Position numbers and translations under genes: made by a program
From: Octopus sinensis
Lineage: Eukaryota
DNA: 64,000 nucleotides
Assembly: GCF_006345805.1 (NCBI RefSeq)
Contig: NC_043001.1
Location: 41,044,001 to 41,108,000 of the forward strand
Reading direction: 5' to 3'
Shown here: positions 13,620 through 26,173 of the stretch, piece by piece
Layout: the number at the start of each line of letters is the position of its first letter
Position numbering within the stretch: the stretch's first letter is position 1
The notes under the pieces: model-generated
What the model saw: only the letters and a program-made list of their open reading frames with translations
Told to the model about the DNA's origin: nothing
Databases searched by the model: none

Positions 13620-14662
13620 CTGGAACAAAAGAAAAAACAAATAATATTAAATTGTAATAAAAGATCTATGTGCAACTGAAAAATAATGTTGAAAATGTAA
13701 TTGAATGAGAAAACTATCAGTTTTGTGTCTTTCCCAAAGACAATAATAATATAAGTGAAGTGAAACAGCTACCATCAGGAATCAAATCTAGATAAGTGAC
13801 TCAGCTTGCCTCCACTTTTGAAATAGAAAACATGCTTTGAATGCAATAATAAGAGGAATAAAACATGAATATTTTAATCTAAGTTTCAAACTGAAATTCA
13901 AACACAAATATAATCAAACTAAGGAAGAACTTGGAATATTGAGCTTCAAAGATTAGATGATACACAATCATCATCATCAAACGTCTGTTTTTCACGCTTG
14001 CATGAGTTGTACAGTTTGACAGGAGCTGGTCAGCTGGAGAGCTGCCCGGGATCCATGTCTGTTTTGGCAGAGTTTCTACAACTGGAAGTCCTTCCTAGCC
14101 CCAACCACTTTACAAAGTGTACATGGCACCCATGAACCTGCAAGATTAGGAATTCTCAAAGATTTTCACTCTATTTCAGTATGACAAACTGGAGCATTCA
14201 AACCATAATTAGAGTGATAAAGAAGGTAGTTGAAATAAAATTAAAATTAAGAGGATGACTTCATGTCCTTGAATAGAATTATATAATAATTTTAGACAAT
14301 TTTTTGATGTTCAAATGATATCTTTTAAAAGTACTTTTGTACCAATGGGTTAAACAATTCTACAACATTCAGATATTTTACAAGATTTGTTAGAGCTGAT
14401 AACTTTAATACTTGCCGCCTTTCTTAAGAAAGAAAAACAGAGGGAAAAAATTCTCAAAGTTAATATGTCATGACTAGTTACAATCACAATAGAATTTAAA
14501 TGTTAAAATTTCATGCTGGTTGAAAATTAACAAACACACAAAGATAAAAACTACCAAAAGTCTCATAGAATAAATGACATTTAAATTAAGAAAATTTAAG
14601 TATAAAATCTATATTTAAAAAAAAAAGAAAACCACTGATAGATACAGGATACAGAAACATAC

Positions 14663-14796
14663 CTCTTTGTATACAATTCAAAGAGTTCGTGACCCTCATG
14701 GCATTCATAACTGCATGCAAGACAGATTCCTGCAGGCTGGGCTGGATCAGGAGTACATGTAGAACAAGCATAAAGAGCTTGACGAGAAAGGTAACC
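14663..14796 (-). CDS. UBR7: UBR7 exon 2, UBR-box zinc finger (GYLSRQALYACSTCTPDPAQPAGICLACSYECHEGHELFELYTK)
   Basis: AG/GT-flanked, 134 nt, with the diagnostic RQALY..C..C....AGICLACSYECH..H.L.ELYTKR motif. Confidence 0.97.
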
Positions 14797-16251
14797 CTGA
14801 AAATGAAGAATAAAAGGATGCTGAACCAGAATATTTTAGATTTATATATATATTTCAAGTGGCCTCATCATTGGGTTACTTGAAAATATTACAAGATTTT
14901 TGATACATGACAGGATCACGGTCACTCACACCTAAAAGTGTACTTCCAGGTCAGTCTACCCAAAATCCCTAAACACATTCCATATTGGTATATGTTGAGT
15001 TTGTATCCTCTTCCTTTCTACATGTCTTGCTTTGTCATGACTTTGATACTTAGAGGTTTTGGTAATCTTCAAGACGAATACATTCAATCTACAATACAAG
15101 GATCAACCTATTGATTGCAATAAGTTGACTTTTTTACGGCTTGTTCAATTAGTTCATTTCCTATATAGAAAAATTACCTTTTCCTATAGTGTATACCCTT
15201 TGTTTCGCTATTGTAGCAATAAATAAATGGTAGATTAATGCATTATTAAATATTCCAAGCCAGCCATTGCAACTACAACCTTATTAACTAAGTAAGGACC
15301 TGGAATAATTCCTGGACTTCCTTTTATTATAATTAACATAGCAATAACAAAATTTCTGAATAGTAGTGAGTAATTTAATCGAATTGCGTCGATTTCACTA
15401 TTTAGACGGACTTGCGAAGACAACGGTCACAACCCACTTCATCCAAATCAAAAACAAATAAATAAAAAACTAAAATAAGATGACAGCTGCCTTGTGTGGA
15501 GAAGCCGCTGTTAAATTTATGAATATTAAATTTGTTGACATTTAATGAAATTGTTTCATGTGAAGACGACATTTGTTCTCAGAAACAGAAATCCAATTGA
15601 AAATACAAGCTTAACAGTAAAGTAGCAAGCCGTTTGATATATAGCAGACGAATTCTTTGAGCCTGATGCTGGTGCTACTTGATACAGTTTAAGACCCCGT
15701 AACAAAGGGAGTTGAAAATTTGAAGTTTTCCGAGTAAAAAACAGGTGGTATTTACCAGGATGTATTAGCTTTGAAATTTCAAAAAAAAAAAATAGTTTTC
15801 TACATTTTAAATGGAGAAAAACATCAAATGTAATAAAAGTGGATCATGTTCAATAAAACAGAATTTAACACATTACGAACGTTTCCACTTGTAATAATTT
15901 CGAATAAACATGAGCAATGAATGAAATAGGTATCGCTTATCATCCAAATCAACAATTGTTATTTTTATTTTGATCAACAATTTGTAAACTAAGACACATA
16001 GCAGATCTAGTACATTTTGCAACAATTTACTTAGCATATTACCCTACAGATTACAAAAGAAACGATGCAAACAAAAGTACATTCAAAACAATTACTAATA
16101 TTTTACCATTCCAAGAAAGACTATTGGTAAAAAGAATTATATAAAAGAATGCAAAAAAGTAATTTCAAGTTTGTGTATAAAAAGACAAAATGATGTATAA
16201 CGAATGCAATTTTATTTATTATGAGCATATATTTATTGCCTTAAAACTTAC

Positions 16252-16401
16252 TTGAGGATAAGTGCAATTTTTGGGATCACTGCCACCTAGAACAGCTTTT
16301 GCATCGGCTTCTAGTTTTTCTTCTTCTGCAAGGAAATCTACCATAGTGATGTTTTCTTCTTGATCAACATTTTCCCGCGACATTTTCTCGTGTTCCGCCA
16401 T
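16252..16401 (-). CDS. UBR7: UBR7 exon 1 (MAEHEK...AVLGGSDPKNCTYPQ)
   Basis: ATG at 16401. The EEEKLEADAKAVLGGSD motif is typical of the UBR7 N-terminus. GTAAGT donor at 16251; phase 0. Confidence 0.95.
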
Positions 16402-16465
16402 CTTTCAAAGTTATCAAATGGAGTCCAAGGGAGATAATTGTGACGTAATATATTTTCATTGGTTG
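16395..16465 (-). promoter_or_regulatory. UBR7 proximal promoter: YY1-type AAGATGGCGG overlapping the ATG, plus CRE-like TGACGTAA and CCAAT-like boxes
   Basis: ccgccatctt at 16395-16404, tgacgtaa at 16441-16448 and cattgg at about 16457-16462. Motif match only. Confidence 0.55.
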
Positions 16466-16763
16466 ATCTCATTACTATAGCAACATATAGTGATGCAGTC
16501 TTTTACAAAAGTAGACATAAATCACCATCATCATCATCATCATCATCATCATCTTTAATGCCCATGTTCCATGATAGGATGTGTAGCGTACACTTATGTG
16601 AAATTCTTCTTCTCTCTATCATATATACATACATACGAAAGTGGTAGATAACAGCTAGCCTTTGGCCACTACTCAAATTGGTTGGTATTGGCGCAATTTG
16701 TCTCTTACTCTATCGTGCCAATATGCAGCGTATAACCAATCGAAGCCCCTAAATAAGGTCATG

Positions 16764-18850
16764 TGTGACAGCCTGTTCTCAACTCAGTTTTGAGCCTACA
16801 ACTCCTTATAAAAACCCAACTTCTCCTCGTCTAGAGGTCTATCCAGACCTCTTAGTCTGGGAGGATGTTATCCTTGTTAGGAAGAGCCGAGGTTACACAG
16901 GTGTTTATAGCATCAGTGTCGTGCCTTGCCCCGGTTTGTGGTTCAACAAGTTGGAGCAGATCCTTTTCCACTTTTTGTGGAGAGGGAAAACGCCACTTGT
17001 GAGGCGCTCGATCTGCTGCTAAAAACCGTTAAAGGGTGGGCTGATGATGCACAAGTACGCGCTGAGGCTGAGATATCTCCAGTGCTACCTGGATGGTGAG
17101 CAGGTGTGGTCACCGCATGCCAAGGGGCTCTTTCCACAACTGAAGTCCCTCAGGGACTTAGGCACATGGATCGAGCGGAAACCTACGGCGGAAGAATGGC
17201 AGAGGGAGTGCAGACAAACACTCACTCTTTTCTCTCGGGTGAGCAACACCGGCAGCAGGGTTACCGCTGCGGACTTTTATAGAGGGTTGGTAGAGCATAA
17301 GTCCGACGAAGTCCTATGGGAAACTCTGGGCTTCGATGAGGAGCAGCTGACTAACCTGTTCGGAAGAATTTTCGGGCTGAGGTGTCTGGATAACTTTCCG
17401 AAATCCTTGGTCTGATTGTGCTACAGATCGGCCTTACCGGTTCGAGGGAGGTTGTCTAAACATGGTTTTGGCACCTCCCCCACATGCCCGAGGTGCGGGC
17501 ATGCCAGTGAAACGGTCATGCACGTCTTCATACACTGTGAGGAGTTGAGGGAGTTGATAACCTATGTCGAACAGCTGATGTCGGATGCGGAAAGAGTATG
17601 GCTCTCGACTGAGTCCATGATTAAGATCGTACCACCTTCTTCGTTCAACAACGAAAAGAAGGCATCATTTCTCTGTGTAGTAGCCATACTGAAAGAGACG
17701 GTATGGACGACTTGAGTGAAAGGGATTGCGACAAGCCAGTTCATCTCCGGACGCGGGCTGATAGATTATTTCAACTACCACCTGTCACGAAAAATCCATC
17801 TGGAGAGGAGTCTGTCGCAAAGTATGTTTGGAAAAGATGGACGACAGTAGTAAGAAAGTTGAGAATGAATGGGGCCGTGCTAGCATAGCCAGTCAAAATA
17901 AAAAGGAAGGAAAAAAAATACTGGCGGGTTAACCTTGTAAAATAACCCGGAACATCATTTTATTTTTAATTGTATATAATTTTATTAAATCATCCTCATT
18001 CGATTGTATAATTTTTTCATCTCATTGTAACCAAAACCGTTTTGTAAGAATGTAAATGTCTGTCCCTTGTTATGTCCCCTCTATGTATACCTTTCATAGG
18101 TAAATAAAGAAATTCTTTCCAGACCTTTAAAAGGTCTAGCAACTGACCACACAAGACAGCCAATGCCAGTGACAAAACAACAGCAGCCACGTTAAGACTC
18201 ACCAACTTCGTTCAACAGCATTTGGTGACCTCCATCTTCATCGCCACTATCGTCCTAACGTCAACATCTCTCTGTGTACACAACTCAACAAGCAACTCGC
18301 CCTGGTTACAACACTGCATTGTTCGTGAATTACTTCACCATGAATCAACAGCGAATATACAACTTGTGAGAACTCCTGTACCAAGTGACCCAGACAGCAG
18401 CATCACAACTTCACATACAGCTCTGCATCATAGCCACAATCTTGATACAGTATTTCAACTATCATGTACAATTGACTACGAATTGGTATTTATCATCCTT
18501 GTGTCTATGAACTTACTCCTCACGTTGATGGCTATAGACTCGTTCACTGTCTCTTCTTCATTGCCATCCTTGTATGTTCTTAACACGCATACATCTATGC
18601 CTACATACACATGCATGCATCTTATTCTTATGACGGCCTGTCTTTTATTTTGTATATATGACGCACACACAATCACACATGTTAACGTATCAATAAATCT
18701 TCTCTTAAACATTCTACTCGGTTGTGTCTCTTTTTTCCCTCTGGCACATATATGCATTGTTCTATTTATATTTATTGTATTGACCGTGTGATGTACTAAG
18801 GAGCCATTCTTGTCTCCTCACTTCGCACAGATGTTACAAATTGGTGACCT
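16764..18850 (+). mobile_element. Probable LTR (TGTGAC...GTTACA) followed by a TGGTGACC primer-binding-like site, interrupted by the Tx1 LINE
   Basis: TG...CA termini with a short IR, TATA-like ttataaaaa at 16806, TGGTGACC at 18842-18849. Confidence 0.4.
16851..18117 (+). mobile_element. 5'-truncated Tx1/L1-clade LINE (RT thumb plus zf-RVT) with a 9-bp TSD
   Basis: GRMLSLLGRAEV, FLWRGK and CPRCGHASETVMHVFIHC motifs, stops and frameshifts; TCCAGACCT at 16842-16850 and 18118-18126. Confidence 0.88.
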
Positions 18851-20789
18851 GTTCCAGCTCCTTGAAACTACAAAAATAATTATAATAGGAGAAGAAGATA
18901 CTTTACAGGTATCATAAACCTTCCACTCCATTATAGATGTGCTGGACGGATTGATAGGATCCAACAAATCCAAAGACTTCAATTTGTGGCAAAGTCAATT
19001 TTTGGCATTGTTTCTATGATCAGATGCTTTTCCTAACACCAACCACTTTATAGAATATACTGACTGCTATTAGTAATATTCCTTTCAAGTAATGTGGGAT
19101 AGGGAAGGTGGAAGAGTACAGGAAATTACTAATGGTACAGAAAGGGGTGAAGAGCCGTAGAACAGTAATAATGATACATTAAACAGGGGAAGGATGAGAT
19201 AAAGAGAAATACTGTGTAATTGAGGTGGTTGCAGGAATGTGAAGAAAGAGGCAGGCATATTGCATGGGGAGAGTGAGAGATAGTTTGGTAGCACAGAAGA
19301 ATGATCACTGTAAAATGTGGGTGGAGAGGGACATTATTAAAAAAGCAAATACTGCTAAATGTATATGTAACTAGCATGAACATTTTTTTAAACAGATATT
19401 TCTTTTAATTTATTAATATTTTACAGCTAATTATTTACCCTGGGTACTCAGGCCTTTTCCTTCTTTATAAGCTATTTTTTGATTTAAGGTTTTCTTCGAT
19501 TCTTATAATAATATGGTTTTAAACTGCAATTTGTTATTGCATGCAACCGGTTATTGAAAAGACCATTAGTTGAAAGAACCAATAAAACAAAACCATTATC
19601 AAATATGTATCTATCAAACCAATTGTATATTTATGCATATAACCTTATTTTTGTTCCATTCTAAACAAAACTGTCTGACAAACAGGAACGTAAAACTCTG
19701 AGTAACAGTTTTTGTGATATTTTTGCTGCTTTCCAATAAAGTATATATATATGTGTGTTTTTGTGTGCATCTGTGTGTGTGTGTGTGTGTGTGTGCGTGT
19801 GCATGTGTGTAAGTTGTATGCATATATGTATTATGTATGTATACAAACAAATATACATCAACATCAATAATATTGATATGCTAATCTTTGTTTTTTTACA
19901 TACATACCTGTGGTGTGTACCACATTTACTTCAAAGGAAGGGGTTAAAAGGTAAAAGGGAAAGGTACAAAGAAAAAAAGAAATAAAAGAGGAGGTATATT
20001 AGAAGTGAGTGGCAAAGCAGGAGAGAGGAGGGACAAAGAGGAAGTGACACAGAAAGAGAGAGACAGTGAGTGGTGACTGAAAGGAAGGTGGCGTTCGTTT
20101 TATCTTTTTAAATGTTTATCAGTATTTTCAGAGTAGACTGATACATACATCGAAAGCAAAGTGGATACATAGATTGAAAGAAAAGTAGATACATACACAC
20201 ATAGTTAAATCAAAGACAAATAACTACAGCAAATATTGGATGTCACTTTCACTTTTCATTACCACACAAGGATAAAATTAATGCACAAGTGGCTGAGTAT
20301 TCCACAGACATGCATACCATTAACATAGTTCTCTGGGAGATTCAGCCTCATACAGAATGTGACATGGTTGGCCCCTTTCAATTACACCTACAACTCATTT
20401 TGGCTAACTGCATGGACTGGAGCAAGATAAACCTTCAAGTGGTTGGAAGAAAATGAAAAAAGATCCTATATAGAGGCAGGAAAATCTTTTTAGCCATTCT
20501 TAATACCAACATTTGTAGGTCTCACAGATCTGGAGGCCAAGCCCCCAAATAAACACTGATGTGCAGGCTGTTGTTATCAAATTGAGCATGAGTTGAGGGC
20601 AAAGTCACTACACAATGGAATAGCAATTATTTCGTCTTAGCTTTCACTGCTTATACTAAACACATGACATTTTTGCCTTACGATATAGAACATTTCCTTT
20701 TCTTTCAATCTTTTTAAAAAATGACACTCCATCAGTTTCAACGATGAGGTTCTTGTTTCTCTGATCAACAGAACAGTCTGCTAGTAAAA

Positions 20790-21050
20790 TTAACGAGCTA
20801 GTGACTGAGTACTCTACAGACATGAATACCATTAACATAGTTCTCAGGGAGATTCAGCCTCACACAGAACGTGACAAGGCTGGCCCCAATGAATTACAGC
20901 TACAACTCATTTTTGCCAGTCAAATGGACTGCAGCAAGGTAAAGTAGAGTGCCTTGCTCAAGAACACAGCACGCTACTGGGAATCATACTCATGACCTTA
21001 TGATCATGGGCCGTATACCCCTAACCACTGAGCCATGCACCTTCACTCTC
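20790..21050 (-). repeat. tRNA-derived SINE of a third family (other copies at about 1430-1730, 20290-20430 and 30870-31190)
   Basis: Shared caactcattt..gctgagtgaactggagcaa..gtgtcttgctcaa core. Confidence 0.75.
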
Positions 21051-21569
21051 TTAACCAGAGAGAAAAAGAGTGAAGTGACAGAGACAGAGAAAGGAAAGCC
21101 TCAGTCATTTAAAATGACAATTAGACTGAAATATGATTGATCTTTTCTAGCTTCTTTACTTTTACAATGAAGAAGTGGGAAAGAGATTTAGCAATGAATA
21201 GAAAGGGAAAGTCTTTCAGGCGTTTAGGTTTTCATTTGGGAGTTCTAGAAGGATCAAGTGTTAGTTCTTTCTTCTTTGCCCCACCTCCGGTACTTATTCA
21301 CCTTCTTTCATAGTTCTTCATGTCTTTTAGTTGGGTAAAAACATCATGTTTTTTTATCAGACATGTTTAACGTTTTCTTTACAAATTACAAACAAACTGC
21401 TCCCCCTCCCTTCTTTTTTTTTCATACAAAAACTAATGCAAATTTCGAATGGGGTATAGCTGTGAAAAGAGCCCAGAAAAATGGGTAATACCCACTACAA
21501 AATGAGTGGGGGAGAAAAGTTGCCAACAGGTGGCTACACGAAATTCAACTCTATACTTCATAGAATGTC

Positions 21570-21870
21570 TTCTGCTATAGCCTCAGGCCAACCATAGGCT
21601 TGTGAGTGGATTTGGTAGACGGAAACTGAAAGAAGCCCATCATACATATTTGTGTGTGTGTTTGTGTCTGTCCCCCCCCCACCACCATCGCTTGACAACC
21701 AGTGTTGGTGTGTTTGATCTCCATAACTTAGCAGTTCAGCACAAGAGACTGATAGATTAAGCACCAGGCTTACAGGGAATAAGTCCAAGGGTCGATTTCT
21801 TCAACTAAATGGTGGTGCTCCAGCATGGCCACAGTCAAATGACTGAAACAAGTAAAAGAATAAAAGAATG
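21570..21870 (+). repeat. tRNA-derived SINE of the cttgggcaag-type family (other copies at about 44960-45270, 45945-46100, 47360-47520, 48530-48690 and 48895-49060)
   Basis: Shared ccttgtgagtggatttggtagacggaaactgaaagaagcc core and ...gtgctccagcatggccacag end. Confidence 0.8.
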
Positions 21871-22419
21871 CCAGAAGAACATTCCGTACCACTAAACCAA
21901 GAAGGTTCTTTGAATATGTACAATGTATTTTAAGGCTTAATAGTAATTCTGTTTACATTTGCGTAACTGAGATATTTTAGTTGGATGATATAGTTATCAG
22001 TTTTACTCTTCTTTCTATATTCTGTAACTGTCACCATATAGAAACATTTCTCATGGCACCAGTACACAATTTACAGATGCTTAAATTTTTTATGTTTGCC
22101 ATGAAGTTTTTACAGGTTCATCTAGTGTATATAAATATACATATATGCATGTTGCAATGGTCTTTCTTTAGTTTCTGTCCAACACATCCACTTACAAGGT
22201 TTTGGTTAACTCAGCACTATAATACAAGACACTTGCACTAGGTGCAACACAGGGGAATTGAACTCAGTACCATGTGGTTGAGAAGCAAACTTCTGCACCT
22301 ATGCATGCACACACACACCGGGTCATAGTGCTAGTGCATATACAGCTGCTTGCATGCTCACATACACGTGAGTACTGTCCAAATCTCTGACCAATCACAT
22401 ACAGCTAGCTAGCATTCAA

Positions 22420-22652
22420 TTGGTGTATCAAGTTTCGGGCATTTTGATTGGGTTTTGGATAGAAAATTCACAAAAAAAGTCACCTTTATTGATTTTTTAA
22501 TGGCTTTGCGGGGGTGACCGGAGAAATGTAAAGATGTGCACGACCACCCTTGGACGGTTTTGAATGACCATAGAAAGTGTGAACCCTCTAACTGAAAAAT
22601 TGTGAATTTGTATAAAGGAAACACACACAGACATTTTGCCGTTTATATATAT
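22420..22652 (+). mobile_element. Partial Helentron-associated (HINE/DINE-like) element
   Basis: Ends in cacacagacattttgccgtttatatata, like the 36.9-kb element. Confidence 0.4.
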
Positions 22653-22788
22653 GTACATTCCTTTATGTACACTGATTTGTTCTGCTTTTTATATTTAACC
22701 CTACAGCCTCTTATGTGGTGGTTTAATAAAGTATGTGATTGAGTATTATCTGGTATATCTTTAGATGTATTTCTCCATTTTCTTATCT

Positions 22789-22789
<1 letters not shown>

Positions 22790-22834
<45 letters not shown>
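22790..22834. repeat. (TA)n microsatellite; others at 19765-19810 (GT), 35440-35534 (CA/TA) and 38245-38306 (CA/TA)
   Basis: Read directly from the sequence. Confidence 0.95.
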
Positions 22835-22837
<3 letters not shown>

Positions 22838-22979
22838 TGGACTCTCCTGTTGAAGACAATGTATAAGCACTCAGCTTTTGCTGAACAGCTGAACATTCTG
22901 CTCAAATGTTCATTCTGCCACACATTAGCTCAGTCTCTCCATTAAATTGACATTGCCTGAAGAGGTGCACGATGTATCT

Positions 22980-23271
22980 GTGGGATGACGTCAGCAGCCG
23001 GACGCCAGCCAGCGGGGTGCGTTGACCGGAAGCTGGGGCAAGCGGGGTGCGTTGACCGGAAGCTGGGGCAAGCGGAAGGGGGTCAGCCGTCAAGCGCGCG
23101 CAGGGGGCGGAAGTTGACCTTTCCAACGTGGGTCGTGCTGGCAACAAGACATGCGAGGAGGTCGCTAAACGGTTTGGGGCTAGCAGCTGCTATTGTTAGT
23201 GTTCGGGTAGGGCTGTGAGGAAGGATCAGCCATCTCTGGAGGATCTCCGTCACCACGAAGAGAAGGTAGGT
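22980..23271 (+). promoter_or_regulatory. GC/CpG-rich promoter-like island with a probable non-coding first exon
   Basis: Perfect CRE TGACGTCA at 22986-22993; two identical 30-bp repeats at 23011-23070, each with an ETS ACCGGAAG; GC box/ETS GGGGCGGAAGT at 23104-23114; strong donor AAG|GTAGGT at 23266. Confidence 0.7.
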
Positions 23272-23339
23272 GCATCTATATTCAAATCGCACACACTCAC
23301 TACAGTATCATGCATCAGGTGTCAAAGTGATTGCAGAGC

Positions 23340-23730
23340 AACATCATCATAATCATTTAACATCCGTTTTCCATGCTAACATGGGTTGGATGGTTCAACC
23401 AAGGCCTGGGAAGCCAGGAGGCTGCACCAGGCTCCAGTCTGACCTGGCAGTGTTTCTACAGCTGGATGCCCTTCCTAACGCCAACCACTCCGTGAGTGTA
23501 GTAGGTGCTTTTTACGTGCCAGGGCAGGCTGGCAGTGCCCACGATTGGTTGGTGCCACCGGCACAGAAGCCACTCAAGGTTGCGCTGGCATCGGCCATGT
23601 TCGGATGGTGCTTTTTACATGTCACCGGCACAGGTATCACAACTACAATTTCCATTTGATATTTATTTTGATGTTGATATACTTGACTCAATAGGTCTCC
23701 TCTAGCACAGCAGGTCACCCTACGATCCAA
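23340..23730 (-). repeat. RTE 3'-tail repeat (other copies at about 5770-6020, 13970-14120, 32040-32340, 35050-35330, 51940-52330 and 60010-60150)
   Basis: Shared gctggatgcccttcctaacgccaaccact core and (cat)n/(gat)n tail. Confidence 0.85.
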
Positions 23731-24089
23731 GGTAATAACTTATTCTGTAATTTTCCAGGTTTATAATCTTAAGAATATTATTTCTCTTGCTCGCATTTTT
23801 GTATGTAATATTCCATCGAAAATGTATTGGAAACAAGGTACTTGATTAAATCTGTTTCAATTTTAGTTGGTGAGTTGGTTAGAAAAAAAAAGAGGAAATC
23901 AAGTGGACAGAAGGAGTCATGGTGGCAGTGGAGAATCAATGGTGATATTAAAACTGTGTAAAAATCTGAGTTGCATAGAACAGTCCAAAGGGCAATGAAA
24001 ACATACTAAGGAAGGTGAGAAGGCCTATCTTGAAACAAAATACCATATAGAAAAGAAACTGTTATCAAAACCCTAAAACAATGTATTCT

Positions 24090-25170
24090 GGCAAAAACAT
24101 TGAAGGAGCAATGCTACACTGAACACATATTGCATTTCTATCAAAACAGACAATTCACAAATAACCAGAGGCAGTTTTTTGAAAACTTGGGTGGAGACAG
24201 TAGAGGAAACCCACCAATCTTGGAATAAAATCTGGGGGCAATAGCTTTCCAACAACCACAGTGCTGAATGGATTCATTCCATTCTGAACTTCAGCACGCT
24301 GAAGCTCCAAGGCAGGATTATGTATCCATAACATCAGAAGATATAATTGCACAGGTATCAAAACTGTTAAACTGGAGAGCAGCAGGGCCAGATGAAATCC
24401 AAGACTACTGGCTCAAGTGGTTTAATTCAACATACAAATGAATTGGCCTGCAATTAGATGATTGTCTACAGAATGGTGAGGTTCTGGAATGGATGGTAGA
24501 TGGAAAGACAACATTGTTGATGAAGGCTCTGACAAGTTCACCTTGCATATTTGAAGCACCTCAAACTTCTCTTGAAGTCAAAACTAAGTGCAAGGAACTT
24601 CGTGACTGCCATCAACTTAAAAGACCAAGAAGCATCATGGATGTAGTTCAGTGAAGGTGACCTTAAAAAGAGGACTGAAAACTTGATCATCACTGCTCAG
24701 GACCAGGTATTGAATACCAAGTCAGTGAAAAGGAATATATATCACACAAGCGCAACAAACCTCTGCAGAATGTGTGGGAAGAAGGTCAAAAGCATGATTC
24801 ACATAGTAAGCGCTTGTGAAAGTCTTGCACAGAAAGAGTACCAGTGCAGACACAACAAGGTAGCTCTAAACTTTCACTGGCTATGAAAGTATGGATATGA
24901 GGTAAAGGGTGCTTTGTACCACCATACACTGGAAAAAAGTAATGGACTAAATTAGGAAGACAAATATCCTCTAGGACTTTGACTTTCAGATAGACAAGGT
25001 GTTAGAGCACCAAAGAGGACAAGCAAGAGTGCCTAATAGTTGATGTGGTAGTGCCAGGAGATTAACATATTGTCATGAAAGAAAGAAAAAAAGTCAACAA
25101 ACATGGAGACCTGAAAATTGAAATTGTCAAGATGTGGCCGCTGTGTGAGTCAAACATAAAAGTTGTGTTG
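24090..25170 (+). mobile_element. Internally deleted R4/Dong-like non-LTR retrotransposon remnant (RLE endonuclease type)
   Basis: GPDEIQDYWLK RT start, AQDQVLNT..CRMCG....IHIVSAC..LAQKEY..RHNKVA zinc-knuckle region and an ILWDF-like remnant. Confidence 0.8.
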
Positions 25171-26173
25171 TTGTTATTTCACAGCAAATTCCAATATAAT
25201 CAGAATCTGAAGCATATTTGTAGAAAATTTCATTAAAAAATACCCCTTTTTCTGAAAGTTATGAGGAAAGAAATTCATTAGAGCATATATGTATAGGCAT
25301 GCTGATGCTAAATTTGCTCAGTTACTGTATATCATTGCATCTGCATTACCGGAAGTCTACTTTTCTGTCTTCCAAAAGTGTGATGCACATTATGCATGGG
25401 TACAAAAATTTAAAAGATCTGAAATATGCATTTTCTCTTTTTCAGTTACTTTTGCTGATTAGAGTTTTATTAAATATAATTATATAATCAGAACTTTGTA
25501 AGCATCTGCAACAGCTGTATGTATTATTGGTATCAGTAAGAGGTTTAGTGGAGCCTGTGTGTGACAATAAGATACGTACCAAAATAAACTGACAAAAGAA
25601 AAATACTTATCACAGATTTTATTTAACTGTCACAATTGATTTTTCACTTTTACATTGTGTCTGATGTATGATACATAAAGACTTGTAGCAACCAGATGTT
25701 TTCATGTGAAAGGATGATAATAATAGTAAGGTTTGCACATATGAAAAGTTGGTTTGTATCTCAGTGAAAGTGCTAGAAAGTGACAGAAGTAGACTGTTGA
25801 AGAGTGAAGTGTACTGATAAAATAAAGGCTGTTTCAACTATTATTTTCTTCTAAGGATTTCAAAGATAACCAATGCAGCCATTGCATTCTTGGTGACCTA
25901 ACATCTACTATATATCCTAACTACCATTACACTTTGTGATTGGTGAGACCTAACTTAAGAACTATAGCCTTTTCAACATATAAACTGTTGCTCTCCCTAC
26001 AAATCTGTTACACTTCCTTCTGGCCTTTTCCAGTTTCTTTAAATGCCATTCAGTTTTATAAATGCTGCATCTGACATACCAGCACTTCATGGATATGATA
26101 GTCCATGGTTTACTTTTCATTTAAGCCTATATCAGTGATCTGTTATTATTGACACCTTTTGCTAACAGGAGTA

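Noticed and set aside
15235-15423. 62-aa minus-strand ORF in UBR7 intron 1
   Set aside because: No splice support, no recognised homology, and not needed for the UBR7 frame.
18222-18791. 189-aa hydrophobic ORF, the longest in the track
   Set aside because: No true ATG start (it begins at GTG/TTG), no recognisable domain, and it lies in a probable LTR with low-complexity T/C-rich sequence.
16401-23300. GON7 or LYSET/TMEM251 orthologue head to head with UBR7, as in human
   Set aside because: No matching coding sequence was recognised upstream of UBR7.
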